From Candidatus Omnitrophota bacterium (lineage in GTDB: Bacteria > Omnitrophota > Gorgyraeia > Gygaellales > Profunditerraquicolaceae), in NCBI GenBank assembly GCA_026387405.1, contig JAPLLV010000056.1:25765-89764 (forward strand): DNA of 64,000 nt, written 5' to 3'. The notes under the pieces are model-generated. The model saw only the letters and a program-made list of their open reading frames with translations, was not told the origin of the DNA and ran no database searches. Both the position numbers and the translations under genes were made by a program. This document shows, piece by piece, positions 37,232-46,926 of the stretch. The number at the start of each line of letters is the position of its first letter. The stretch's first letter is position 1.

Positions 37232-40200
37232 ATGCCTCGTTCAGAATTCGTCCACCTACACCTGCATACCCAATACAGCCTCCTTGACGGCGCCTGCCGC
37301 ATCCCGGAATTATTAAGCCTAGCCAACCAATATAAAATGGATTCACTGGCTATTACCGACCATGGAGCAATGTTCGGGGCCATCGAATTCTACCTGGAAG
37401 CCCAAAAAGCGGGGATAAAACCGATTATCGGCTGCGAGGCCTATGTCGCGCCGAAAAGCCGCTTTGATAAAACCGGATCAGGCATTGACGAGGCATCCTA
37501 TCACTTTATACTCCTTGCCAAAGACGAGGCCGGTTACCACAACCTGATGAAGCTGGTATCCATCGCGTACCTGGAAGGTTTTTATTACCGTCCGCGCATT
37601 GACAAAGAGTGCCTGGCGCAGCATTCCAAGGGACTTATCGGCCTGACTGCCTGCCTGAAGGGTGAGATCCCGTCCCTGATCAGGGAAAAACGTTTTAACG
37701 ATGCCTTAAAAGAAGCGGACAATTATTTAAACATCTTTGGCAAGGGCAATTTCTACCTGGAGGTGCAAGGCAACTCCATCCCTGAGCAAAGAATAGTTAA
37801 CGAAGGACTGATACGCATTTCTAAAGAATTACACATCCCGCTTGTGGCCACCAATGACGTGCATTACCTAAAAAAGGAGCACGCCTCAAGCCACGAGGCG
37901 CTTTTGTGTATCCAGACCCAGACCACGCTTGACGACCCTAACCGCATGCGCCTGCAAACAGACGAATTCTATTTTCAATCACCGGAGGAGATGAAAGCAC
38001 TCTTCAAAGACCTGCCGGAAGCGATCGCCAATACCCTGGAGATCGCCCAGCGCTGTAACCTGGAGTTGGATTTTTCCCAGATACATTTGCCTAAATATAC
38101 GCCTCCCAACGGCCAGGACAAAGAAGACTACCTCAAGGACCTCTGCGCGGGAGGGCTGAAAAACCGTTTCCCGGAAGCCGCACCGGAAATTAAGGAACGC
38201 CTGGAATACGAATTAAAGATGATCAAGAATATGGGTTTTATCAGCTATTTCCTGATCGTCTGGGATTTTATTCATTACGCTAAAAGCAAAAATATACCTG
38301 TGGGACCGGGGCGCGGTTCAGCCGCGGGAAGCCTGGTGAGTTATCTTTTAGGTATTACCGATATCAATCCTTTAAGTTATGGCCTACTCTTTGAGAGATT
38401 CCTTAATCCTGAACGCTTAGGCCTGCCGGATATCGATATAGATTTCTGTTACGAAAGAAGGCAGGAGGTCATTGATTATGTGACCCAGAAATACGGCCGC
38501 CAGAACGTCGCCCAGATCATCACCTTCGGGACCATGCAGGCCCGCGCCGTGTTGCGCGATGTCGGCCGGGTCATGGGCATAGCCTACGCGGATGTTGACC
38601 GTATTGCCAAGATGATACCCCCGGACCCTAATATCACCCTAAAGGACGCGCTTGAATCAGAAGCGGAAATCAATAACCTCTACAAGAACGACCCCCAGAT
38701 AACAAAACTTATCGATACCGCGCTCTCCCTGGAAGGATTGAACCGTCATGCCTCAGTGCACGCCGCAGGGGTAGTCATCGCGGACAAACCGCTGGATAAT
38801 TACATGCCCCTGTTTAAGACCGGAGACGACCAGATCACCACCGGCTACAGCATGGGGATGCTCGAAAAGATCGGCTTATTGAAAGTGGACTTTCTGGGAT
38901 TAAGGACACTCACTGTCATTGACGAAACCCTAAAATTAGTCAGGCGCACCCGCGGCATAGAAATAGACCTGAAAAATCTTTCTCTCGAAGACTCTAAGAC
39001 CTACAAGCTTCTTGCGAATTCGCAAACAATCGGGGTATTCCAGGTAGAAAGTTCCGGGATGCGCGACCTCTTAAGAAAACTGGAACCCAGCCATTTTGAA
39101 GATATCATCGCGCTGCTGGCACTTTACCGCCCGGGGCCTATAGGTTCGGGGATGCTCGATGACTTCATGAAACGTAAACACAACCAGATTCCCATCAAAT
39201 ATGAACATCCGAAGTTAGAGCCCATTCTCAAGGAAACCTACGGTATAATGGTATACCAGGAGCAGATCATGCAGATCGCATCAAGCCTGGCAGGCTTCAG
39301 CCTGGCCCAGGCAGATATCCTGCGTAAGGCCATGGGCAAAAAGATACCCGAGGTAATGGAGAAACAGCGTAATATTTTTATCTCCGGCTGCGTGAATAAC
39401 GGTATAAAAGAAATCACTGCCTCCAAGATATTCGATCTCATCGAATATTTCTCGGGGTACGGCTTCAATAAATGCGTTGTTGGCTCTACAAAAATAATTT
39501 CTGGAGAAAATGGAGAGCGTATCACAGTAAAAGACTTATTTAGCAACAGGCAGCTGGCCAAAACTACATTCAGCTGCCAGGAAAATTTGAAAATCGTCAA
39601 AACCAACATAAAAGATGTGGTTTATAATGGGGCGAAACCGGTATACCGGCTTCAAACATGCCTCGGCAGAGAAATAGTAGCCACCTCTAATCATCCTTTA
39701 TTTACTTTTAAAGGCTGGAAAAACCTCGGTGATTTACGCATCGGGGAACGAATCGCATTGCCGCGGATCATACCTCTAGAGACCGACAAACAGTGGGAAC
39801 CGCATAAAATAATTGTTTTAGCGGGAATAATCTCTGAAGGAAATACTTGCCATCCTTCCGGGTTTTATTTTTATAATAATAGCGAGACGCTGGTAAAAGA
39901 CTATGTTGAGAACTTGCGTAAGTTTAACAATACAATCCCAAAAATCTATAAAAGAAGGGGGCGTTTTGAGGTATACGCGGGCACAGGCAAAGTCACCAGA
40001 TTTTCCAAAAACCAAATCCCCTGGAATAAACAAGGTTCCTTGACCACTACTACTTTTTATAAATGCGGGGCAAGGCTATGGATAGAAGAATTGGGCCTAG
40101 ACTATAAAAAGGCGAGTGATAAATTTATCCCTCCGGAGCTATTTTCCTTGGAGAATAAACAAATAGCCTTATTCCTGGGTAGGCTTTGGTCAGGAGACGG

Positions 40201-42022
40201 ATTTGTTTTTGGCAAAAACAACTCTATACCTTTTTACGCAAGCTCCTCCAGTAAATTATGCCAACAGATACAGGACTTATTGCTTAGGCTTAATATAGCA
40301 AGCCGTTTAAGCACAAAAAACTTTAAATATAAGTATAAAGGAATCAAGAAAGACGTGCCCGGTTTTACCCTACACCTTTTTGGGAGGGATAGCATAACCA
40401 GATTCATCCAGCTTATCTGTCCTTTTATTATCGATAAAGACGAACAGATCTCACATCTACGTAATTACTACGATAAAGCTTCTGATAATAGTGAATCAAA
40501 AGATACCCTGCCTCCCGAAATAAAGGAGATCGTGAAGGAAGAAAAAGATAAATTCGGCTTGACTTGGAAAGAATTAGAAACAAGGTCCGGAGTTTCAATG
40601 AAGGAATTTTACGGCGCGGACCATCCTAAGAAAAAAGGATTCCGCCGTTATACCATCTTGCGCTTGGCGCGCTTCCTTGAGTCCGAGAGACTATTAAGGT
40701 TTGTAAACTCGGATATACTATGGGATAGAGTTAGTTCGGTTGATTATGTTGGCAGGGAAGATACCTATGACATAGAAATCGAGGGGATCCATAACTTCAT
40801 TGCCAATGGCATAATAGTACACAACTCACATTCGGCCGCCTATGCCATGATCTCTTACCGCACCGCGTATCTAAAGGCGAATTTTCCCGTGGAATTCATG
40901 ACCGCGCTCTTGACCTCAGAACGCGACAATACCGATAAGATCGTAGAATACGTCAATGAGGCCCGGCACATGAACCTTGAGGTACTTCCTCCGGATATAA
41001 ATGAAAGCGAATCCCTGTTTAAGGTTGTAGACCAAAAGACCATCCGCTTCGGGCTGCTGGCAGTAAAAAACGTGGGGCAGGGTGCGGCAGAATCCATTGT
41101 CCAGGCCCGGCAAAACGACGGCAAATTTCTTTCCTTGCAGGACCTCTGCAAACGGATAGACCTACGACTGGCAAACCGCAAGGTCTTGGAAAGCCTGATC
41201 AAGTGCGGGGCCATGGATTATTTTAAGATGCCGCGGGCACAGATGGTCGCCGGATTAGACGGCATATTAGAACAATCCTCAAAGATACAGCGTGACCGCG
41301 CCAAAGGCCAACTGTCATTCTTCGACCAGGCGTTCAAAGAGAATGGTTTCCGCCAGAGCATAAACGACCTGCCCAAGGTACACGAATGGCCGGAGCCGCA
41401 GGTCCTGGCCTTTGAGAAAGAGATACTCGGGTTCTACGTTTCCGGCCACCCGTTAGCCCGTTATGCCGGCCAGCTTAAACGTTTTAGCTCCACATCTATA
41501 CCGGAATTATCGCGGCATAAAGACGATGAAGAGATAAAATTAGTAGGACTTATCTCTAAGATCAAACAGACCCTTACCCGCGCCAAGCAGGAAAAAATGG
41601 CCATCCTGAAACTGGAAGACCTGGAGGGCTCCGTAGAAGCCCTGGTCTTTCCCCAGGCATACCAAAAAGTTTCCCGCTATCTTTTGGCAAGCACGGTAGT
41701 CCTGGTCAGGGGAAGGCTCAACCTGAAAGAAGATACGCCTAAGATCATCATAAATGACCTGTTCCCGGTGGATGAAATTTATAAAATGATCTCCAGCATA
41801 AATATCAACCTGTCCGGCATAAGGGAAAATCTCTTTACCAGCCTAAAGGAGGTCCTTTGCGAAAATAGGGGGAAAATCCCTATATATATGCACCTGGATA
41901 CGTCCACGCGTTCGCGCATCCATCTCGTGGTGGGCGATGGGCTTTTTGTCGAGCCGAGCGAAAAACTGATCCAGGATATAGAAACTCTTTTAGGCGAAGA
42001 CCGCCTATCTTTAATACTCTAG
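37232..42022 (+). CDS. dnaE: DNA polymerase III alpha subunit containing an intein
   Basis: HLHLHTQYSLLDG PHP, GRGSAAGS, PDIDIDF, GYGFNK^SHSAAY, OB fold. Confidence 0.97.
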   Translation: MPRSEFVHLHLHTQYSLLDGACRIPELLSLANQYKMDSLAITDHGAMFGAIEFYLEAQKAGIKPIIGCEAYVAPKSRFDKTGSGIDEASYHFILLAKDEAGYHNLMKLVSIAYLEGFYYRPRIDKECLAQHSKGLIGLTACLKGEIPSLIREKRFNDALKEADNYLNIFGKGNFYLEVQGNSIPEQRIVNEGLIRISKELHIPLVATNDVHYLKKEHASSHEALLCIQTQTTLDDPNRMRLQTDEFYFQSPEEMKALFKDLPEAIANTLEIAQRCNLELDFSQIHLPKYTPPNGQDKEDYLKDLCAGGLKNRFPEAAPEIKERLEYELKMIKNMGFISYFLIVWDFIHYAKSKNIPVGPGRGSAAGSLVSYLLGITDINPLSYGLLFERFLNPERLGLPDIDIDFCYERRQEVIDYVTQKYGRQNVAQIITFGTMQARAVLRDVGRVMGIAYADVDRIAKMIPPDPNITLKDALESEAEINNLYKNDPQITKLIDTALSLEGLNRHASVHAAGVVIADKPLDNYMPLFKTGDDQITTGYSMGMLEKIGLLKVDFLGLRTLTVIDETLKLVRRTRGIEIDLKNLSLEDSKTYKLLANSQTIGVFQVESSGMRDLLRKLEPSHFEDIIALLALYRPGPIGSGMLDDFMKRKHNQIPIKYEHPKLEPILKETYGIMVYQEQIMQIASSLAGFSLAQADILRKAMGKKIPEVMEKQRNIFISGCVNNGIKEITASKIFDLIEYFSGYGFNKCVVGSTKIISGENGERITVKDLFSNRQLAKTTFSCQENLKIVKTNIKDVVYNGAKPVYRLQTCLGREIVATSNHPLFTFKGWKNLGDLRIGERIALPRIIPLETDKQWEPHKIIVLAGIISEGNTCHPSGFYFYNNSETLVKDYVENLRKFNNTIPKIYKRRGRFEVYAGTGKVTRFSKNQIPWNKQGSLTTTTFYKCGARLWIEELGLDYKKASDKFIPPELFSLENKQIALFLGRLWSGDGFVFGKNNSIPFYASSSSKLCQQIQDLLLRLNIASRLSTKNFKYKYKGIKKDVPGFTLHLFGRDSITRFIQLICPFIIDKDEQISHLRNYYDKASDNSESKDTLPPEIKEIVKEEKDKFGLTWKELETRSGVSMKEFYGADHPKKKGFRRYTILRLARFLESERLLRFVNSDILWDRVSSVDYVGREDTYDIEIEGIHNFIANGIIVHNSHSAAYAMISYRTAYLKANFPVEFMTALLTSERDNTDKIVEYVNEARHMNLEVLPPDINESESLFKVVDQKTIRFGLLAVKNVGQGAAESIVQARQNDGKFLSLQDLCKRIDLRLANRKVLESLIKCGAMDYFKMPRAQMVAGLDGILEQSSKIQRDRAKGQLSFFDQAFKENGFRQSINDLPKVHEWPEPQVLAFEKEILGFYVSGHPLARYAGQLKRFSSTSIPELSRHKDDEEIKLVGLISKIKQTLTRAKQEKMAILKLEDLEGSVEALVFPQAYQKVSRYLLASTVVLVRGRLNLKEDTPKIIINDLFPVDEIYKMISSININLSGIRENLFTSLKEVLCENRGKIPIYMHLDTSTRSRIHLVVGDGLFVEPSEKLIQDIETLLGEDRLSLIL
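39473..40825 (+). mobile_element. Intein (451 aa) with LAGLIDADG homing endonuclease in DnaE
   Basis: C1 after FNK; block B TSNHP; VLAGIISEG and FLGRLWSGDG; TYDIEI..HNFIANGIIVHN followed by Ser+1. Confidence 0.95.
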
Positions 42023-42111
42023 TCACAAAAGGTGAACATTTCCAGAATCCATAAAATCCTTGACATCGTAACTTTTTGGTGATATTGTAGTTACAATTAT
42101 GGTGTTCATAA

Positions 42112-42196
42112 CACCCGGCCTTACCGGATAGGCCAATGTGCACTTCTGTTAACACCCCGCGCTAATAGGAATTGCGCGGGTGCGCCCTTTCTGGGC
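42112..42196 (+). repeat. Two-hairpin element family R2, two tandem units, in the HU leader
   Basis: CACCCGGCC-TTACCGGATA-GGCC..GTG, then CAC(C)CCGCGC-TAATAGGAATT-GCGCGGGTG + GCCC-TTTCT-GGGC. Confidence 0.72.
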
Positions 42197-42209
42197 AGGG
42201 AGGTTCAAG

Positions 42210-42482
42210 ATGACCAAGAAAGATATTATCCTTAAGGTTTCGGACGAAACAAACCTGAAGCAGATTGACGTCAAAAAGGTCGTGCAGAAAACCTTTGACT
42301 GTATCGTGCAGGCGCTGGGAAGAGGAGAGAAGATCGAGTTGCGCAATTTCGGCGTCTTCAAGGTAAAGCAGAGAAAAAGCCGCACCGGCAGGAATCCGCG
42401 TACCGGAGAAGTAGTCCCTGTCCCGCCCAGAAAAGTCGTTGTCTTCAAGCCGGGCCTGGAGATGAAACACGATATAAGATAA
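42210..42482 (+). CDS. HU/IHF family DNA-binding protein
   Basis: MTKKDI, IELRNFGVF, GRNPRTGE, FKPG. Confidence 0.93.
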   Translation: MTKKDIILKVSDETNLKQIDVKKVVQKTFDCIVQALGRGEKIELRNFGVFKVKQRKSRTGRNPRTGEVVPVPPRKVVVFKPGLEMKHDIR

Positions 42483-42509
42483 ACCTTTCACCCTCCCCAA
42501 TACTAAAAC

Positions 42510-43790
42510 ATGTTTAAAAGGATATCAGGCACAAAAGACATTCTGCCTGACGAAACACCGTCCTGGCAAGAAGTGGAAGATTTAGGCCGTAAGGTATTTT
42601 CTCTCTATAATTACCGCGAGGTGCGGCCCCCCTTATTGGAAGAGGCAAAGCTATTTTCCCGGTCGCTCGGCGAATTCGCGGAGGTGGTGCAGAAACAGAT
42701 GTTCCTGGTGAAAAACCAGGATGAGCTTTACGCCTTAAGGCCGGAGGCAACCGCTTCGGTAGCGCGCGCCTACATAGAAAATAACCTCGATAAGACCTAC
42801 GGCTTCTTGAAATTGTATTATACCGGGGCAATGTTCCGCCTGGAGCGCCCGCAAAAGGGCCGTCTAAGACAATTCCACCATATCGGCTGTGAGGCCATCG
42901 GTTCAAGCCTGCCTGAAGTGGATATTGAAGTGATATCCCTAGCAAACAGATTATTGGAGGCCTGGCAGGTCAATAATTATACGATAAAATTGAACAGCCT
43001 CGGCTGCAGTGAGGACAAATCGAAACTTTCCCTGAACCTACGCAAGGCCCTTAAAAGTAATAAAGGCTCACTCTGCGAAGATTGCAAAGTCCGCTATGAA
43101 AAAAATACCTTACGCATACTGGACTGCAAAAACGAGGCCTGCCAGGAAATAGTAAGCAAAATTTCCCTGGAAGAAAAACACCTGTGCCCGGAATGCAAGG
43201 CTCATTTTGAAACCGTAAAGAACGGGCTCCAAAATTTGGGTATCAGATACGAGATCCTGCCGCAACTGGTGCGGGGACTGGACTATTACACCCGGACTAT
43301 TTTCGAGATAAAACACGACGCCTTAGGAACCCAGGATGCCATCGGCGCGGGCGGAAGATACGATAATTTGCTCAAAGAACTGGGCGGGCCGGATGTCGGG
43401 GCAATGGGCTTTGCCTTCGGAGTAGAAAGAATACTATTGGCGTCTTGCGGGAGGCTCAAGAAGCCGGAAGAAAATCTGGTATACATAATAACTATGGGAG
43501 AAAAACCCAAAGCGCAAGGTTTGAGATTATTGCAAGACTTGCGCCGGGAGGGTATTGCCGCAGATACGGATTATGAAGGAAAATCCCTTAAAGGCGCATT
43601 GCGCAGGGCTAATGACCTAAGGGCAAAGAGAGTTTTAATCATAGGAGAAGACGAACTCAAGAAACAGATAGTAACCCTTAAAGATATGGGGTCAGGGGAA
43701 CAGAAAGAAATTAAGCAAGAGGATCTTATTCAGTCATTGCGAGGAGCCAATGGCGGTTGCGAGGCGAAGCCGAAGCAAACCAGCAGCTAG
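42510..43790 (+). CDS. hisS: Histidine--tRNA ligase (C-terminus extends into a repeat)
   Basis: GTKDILP, LRPEATA, RPQKGRLRQF, RGLDYY, GGRYD, FGVER. Confidence 0.96.
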   Translation: MFKRISGTKDILPDETPSWQEVEDLGRKVFSLYNYREVRPPLLEEAKLFSRSLGEFAEVVQKQMFLVKNQDELYALRPEATASVARAYIENNLDKTYGFLKLYYTGAMFRLERPQKGRLRQFHHIGCEAIGSSLPEVDIEVISLANRLLEAWQVNNYTIKLNSLGCSEDKSKLSLNLRKALKSNKGSLCEDCKVRYEKNTLRILDCKNEACQEIVSKISLEEKHLCPECKAHFETVKNGLQNLGIRYEILPQLVRGLDYYTRTIFEIKHDALGTQDAIGAGGRYDNLLKELGGPDVGAMGFAFGVERILLASCGRLKKPEENLVYIITMGEKPKAQGLRLLQDLRREGIAADTDYEGKSLKGALRRANDLRAKRVLIIGEDELKKQIVTLKDMGSGEQKEIKQEDLIQSLRGANGGCEAKPKQTSS

Positions 43791-43876
43791 CGAAAAATGG
43801 GATTCCTCGCTGCGCTCGGAACAGGCTGCGCAATCTAAAATTAAGATTGCTTCGCCCCTTCGGAGCTCGCAATGAC
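43733..43876. repeat. GTCATTGCGAG-type repeat (family R5) with internal expansion
   Basis: GTCATTGCGAGGAGC...GCAATCTAAA..GATTGCTTCGCCCCTTCGGAGCTCGCAATGAC. Confidence 0.8.
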
Positions 43877-43885
43877 GACTTTACT

Positions 43886-45280
43886 ATGCTGCGCACACAC
43901 ACCTGCGGTGAACTAAAGACCTGCGATATCAATAAAGAAGTAACCCTCTGCGGATGGGTTGCCAGCCGCAGAGACCACGGTAAACTTATCTTTATCGATA
44001 TCCGCGATAGGACCGGCGTGACGCAGATAGTTTTCCTGCCTAAGGAGTGCCCGGAGGCGTATAAAAAAGCTCAAGACCTAAGAAGCGAGTTCGTGGTCAA
44101 GATAACGGGGAAAGTAAATAAACGGCCGGAAAACACGATCAACCCCAAGCTGCCTACCGGAGAAATTGAAATACTGGTTGAGGAACTCCAGATACTTAAC
44201 CCCAGCCTGACCCCGCCTTTTGAGATACAGGACGAGTTCGAGCGGGATGTAACCGAAGAGATACGGCTCAAATACCGGTATCTGGACCTGCGCCGTAAAA
44301 AAGTATTTGATAATTTTGTGTTAAGGAGCCGGCTATACAGGGTGATCCGCTCTTATCTTGACGCAAACGGATTTATAGAATGCGAAACGCCGATCCTGAC
44401 TAAATCCACCCCCGAAGGGGCGCGGGATTACCTGGTCCCTTCCAGGCTCAACCAGGGATATTTTTATGCCCTGCCGCAGTCTCCGCAATTATTCAAACAG
44501 ATCCTTATGGTATCGGGTATTGAAAAATACTACCAGATAGCCAAATGTTTCCGCGACGAAGACCTGCGCGCGGACCGCCAGCCGGAATTTACGCAACTGG
44601 ACCTGGAGATGTCTTTCGTGGAAGAAGAGGATATTTTCGCGCTCTTTGAAGAGATGATGCGGTTTATATTTAAAGATTTAAGGGGCGTGGATTTGATCAC
44701 GCCTTTCCCCCGGTTGACCTATGCCGAGTCGCAAAAAAAATACGCCTCGGATAAACCCGACTTGCGCAAAGAGCTGAATAATCCTTTTGCCTTTACCTGG
44801 GTCACGGATTTCCCTCTCTTTAAATACAATGAAGAAGAGAAACGCTGGGAGAGCGAACACCACCCTTTTACCTCGCCGCGCAAAGTTGACCTAGATGCCC
44901 TGGAAACCCATCCGGATAAAGTCCTCTCGCGGTCTTATGATCTGGTCTTAAACGGCATGGAAATAGGCTCGGGCTCTATCAGGATCCATGAGCAAGAATT
45001 GCAGGAAAAGATATTCAAGATCATCGGGCTTGAAGCCGAAGATGCCCGGAAGCGCTTCGGGTTCCTTCTGGAAGCCTTTCAATACGGCGCGCCGCCCCAC
45101 GGCGGATTTGCCTTTGGCATAGACCGGCTGCTTACAGTCCTGGCGGGCGAATCAAGCATACGCGAGGTGATCGGTTTTCCCAAAACCAGCGCCGGGGTAT
45201 GCCTGTTGACCGGAGCTCCTTCGGAGGTAGAGGAAAAACAATTAAAGGAATTGGGATTAGCGGTTAAAAAGACAAAATAG
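43886..45280 (+). CDS. aspS: Aspartate--tRNA ligase lacking the GAD insertion domain
   Basis: MLRTHTCGEL, YRYLDLR, PEGARDY, RDED.RADRQPEFTQLD, PPHGG; 464 aa. Confidence 0.95.
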   Translation: MLRTHTCGELKTCDINKEVTLCGWVASRRDHGKLIFIDIRDRTGVTQIVFLPKECPEAYKKAQDLRSEFVVKITGKVNKRPENTINPKLPTGEIEILVEELQILNPSLTPPFEIQDEFERDVTEEIRLKYRYLDLRRKKVFDNFVLRSRLYRVIRSYLDANGFIECETPILTKSTPEGARDYLVPSRLNQGYFYALPQSPQLFKQILMVSGIEKYYQIAKCFRDEDLRADRQPEFTQLDLEMSFVEEEDIFALFEEMMRFIFKDLRGVDLITPFPRLTYAESQKKYASDKPDLRKELNNPFAFTWVTDFPLFKYNEEEKRWESEHHPFTSPRKVDLDALETHPDKVLSRSYDLVLNGMEIGSGSIRIHEQELQEKIFKIIGLEAEDARKRFGFLLEAFQYGAPPHGGFAFGIDRLLTVLAGESSIREVIGFPKTSAGVCLLTGAPSEVEEKQLKELGLAVKKTK

Positions 45281-45289
45281 GAGGGGATA

Positions 45290-45874
45290 ATGAAAAGAGG
45301 GAATGTGTGGTATCTTTTAACAGCGGCTGCGGCGTTTCTATTATCCGGCTGCGTGGTCAGGACATATCAACTCACCAAGGCGCGCGTGGACCAGGATCTG
45401 ACGGGAAACCGCGGATACATCACAGGACAGGCGCCTGAAACACAGGAACAGCTCCCACGGGAAACAACCCGTACCACTCAAGTAGTAGAAATGGAGATAC
45501 ATTCTCCGCTCAAATTCGTAAAAGGCCATAACAAAGCAGTTGAAGGCAAAACTGAAGCGGGAACAGGGATGCTGGAAGAAGGACAGGGAGAAGGCGAAGG
45601 AAACAAAGGATATATTTTTAAAAAAGATTCCGCCGAAACCACCGCTGAAGAAACCGGCCTTAACTCCGCCAAATACACCGTTAAGAAAAACGACACCCTG
45701 CAGAAGATCTCAAAAGAATTCTACGGCACCACAAAAAAATGGAATAAGATATTCGAGGCGAATAAAGATACCTTAAAAGGGCCAAATAAGGTTTATCCCG
45801 GCCAGGTGCTCAATATACCCGGAGATACCACAGGCGCCGCCAAATTAAAAGAACCCAAAGAGAACCTTAAATAG
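45290..45874 (+). CDS. LysM domain lipoprotein
   Basis: Lipobox LSGC; [18 protein letters not shown]...PGQVLNIP. Confidence 0.85.
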   Translation: MKRGNVWYLLTAAAAFLLSGCVVRTYQLTKARVDQDLTGNRGYITGQAPETQEQLPRETTRTTQVVEMEIHSPLKFVKGHNKAVEGKTEAGTGMLEEGQGEGEGNKGYIFKKDSAETTAEETGLNSAKYTVKKNDTLQKISKEFYGTTKKWNKIFEANKDTLKGPNKVYPGQVLNIPGDTTGAAKLKEPKENLK

Positions 45875-46833
45875 TGGATAAAATAATCAAGCTGGAAGGA
45901 CGGCAAGAGGCGCAATCGCTTTTCGGCAATGCCGACGAGAACGCCAAGGCCATCGAAAAGGAATTCGGCGTACGGCTGGTGCTGCGCGGAGGCCACCTTA
46001 AGCTAAGCGGCACTGCCGCTAAAGTAAAAAAGGCCGAAGGCGCAATAGACTATCTGCTTGAAGCCTTACGCGCAGGGCAGGGAGAGATCGGCAATGCCGA
46101 CCTTTACTCTCTCCTGAAGAACTTTGGCCGCGCGCCCAAGAAAACTCCTTCCCCGGAAATGTCCGCGGTTACCAACTCTCTGGCAGGAAAGACGATCGGC
46201 CCTAAGACTCCAGGACAAAGAGATTATGTCGAGGCGATCAGGAAACATGATATCGTTTTTGGCATAGGCCCGGCGGGGACCGGCAAGACCTATCTGGCCA
46301 TGGCCTGCGCTGTAGAATCTTTAAAGAAACAGGAGGTACGCCGTTTGATCCTTACCCGTCCTGCGCTTGAGGCGGGGGAATCACTGGGATTTTTACCCGG
46401 AGATATGTACGAAAAGATCTCACCCTACCTAAGGCCTCTGTATGACGCGCTGTATGATATGATGGATGCCGAACGCATAGAAAAATACCTGGAAACCGGC
46501 ACCATTGAAGTCGCGCCGCTCGCCTATATGCGCGGCAGGACATTGAATGACGCCTTTATCATCCTTGATGAAGCCCAGAACTGCACTGCCGAACAGATGA
46601 AGATGTTTTTAACCCGGCTTGGCTTTGACTCCAGGGCAGTTATAACCGGAGATATTACCCAGAGTGACCTTCCAGACGGCAAACCCATCGGCCTGCTGCA
46701 GGCCCAGGATATACTAAAAGATATTGAAGGGATCAAATTCAATTATTTTACCGGGCAGGACGTAGTCCGCCACGCACTGGTCCAGAGGATCATTGAAGCA
46801 TATGATAAAGCAATTCGCGCTAAATCCGCTTAA
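45874..46833 (+). CDS. phoH: PhoH-like ATPase
   Basis: GPAGTGKT, LGFLPG, RGRT, DEAQN, GDITQSDL, VRH. Confidence 0.93.
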   Translation: MDKIIKLEGRQEAQSLFGNADENAKAIEKEFGVRLVLRGGHLKLSGTAAKVKKAEGAIDYLLEALRAGQGEIGNADLYSLLKNFGRAPKKTPSPEMSAVTNSLAGKTIGPKTPGQRDYVEAIRKHDIVFGIGPAGTGKTYLAMACAVESLKKQEVRRLILTRPALEAGESLGFLPGDMYEKISPYLRPLYDALYDMMDAERIEKYLETGTIEVAPLAYMRGRTLNDAFIILDEAQNCTAEQMKMFLTRLGFDSRAVITGDITQSDLPDGKPIGLLQAQDILKDIEGIKFNYFTGQDVVRHALVQRIIEAYDKAIRAKSA

Positions 46834-46836
46834 GAA

Positions 46837-46926
46837 GCTCCGCAACAGGCGAAGCACCGATTCCGTGCCCCGGAAGGGGACACACCAATTACTCCAATAC
46901 AATTGGGTGCATGACAGGCTCGGGTT
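46837..46926 (-). repeat. Two-hairpin element family R2, nested, reverse orientation
   Basis: Minus strand: AACCCGA..TCATG CAC(C)CAATT-GTATTGGAGT-AATTGGTG TGTCCCC/GGGGCA..AATCGGTG; same layout as 13303-13390. Confidence 0.65.

Noticed and set aside
43757-43885. N-terminal extensions of aspS, recO (48610), pdxJ (6046), groES (30312), PilZ (12455), HEPN (8981) and hom (13363) in the ORF track
   Set aside because: They translate repeat or tRNA sequence; downstream ATGs match the family N-termini
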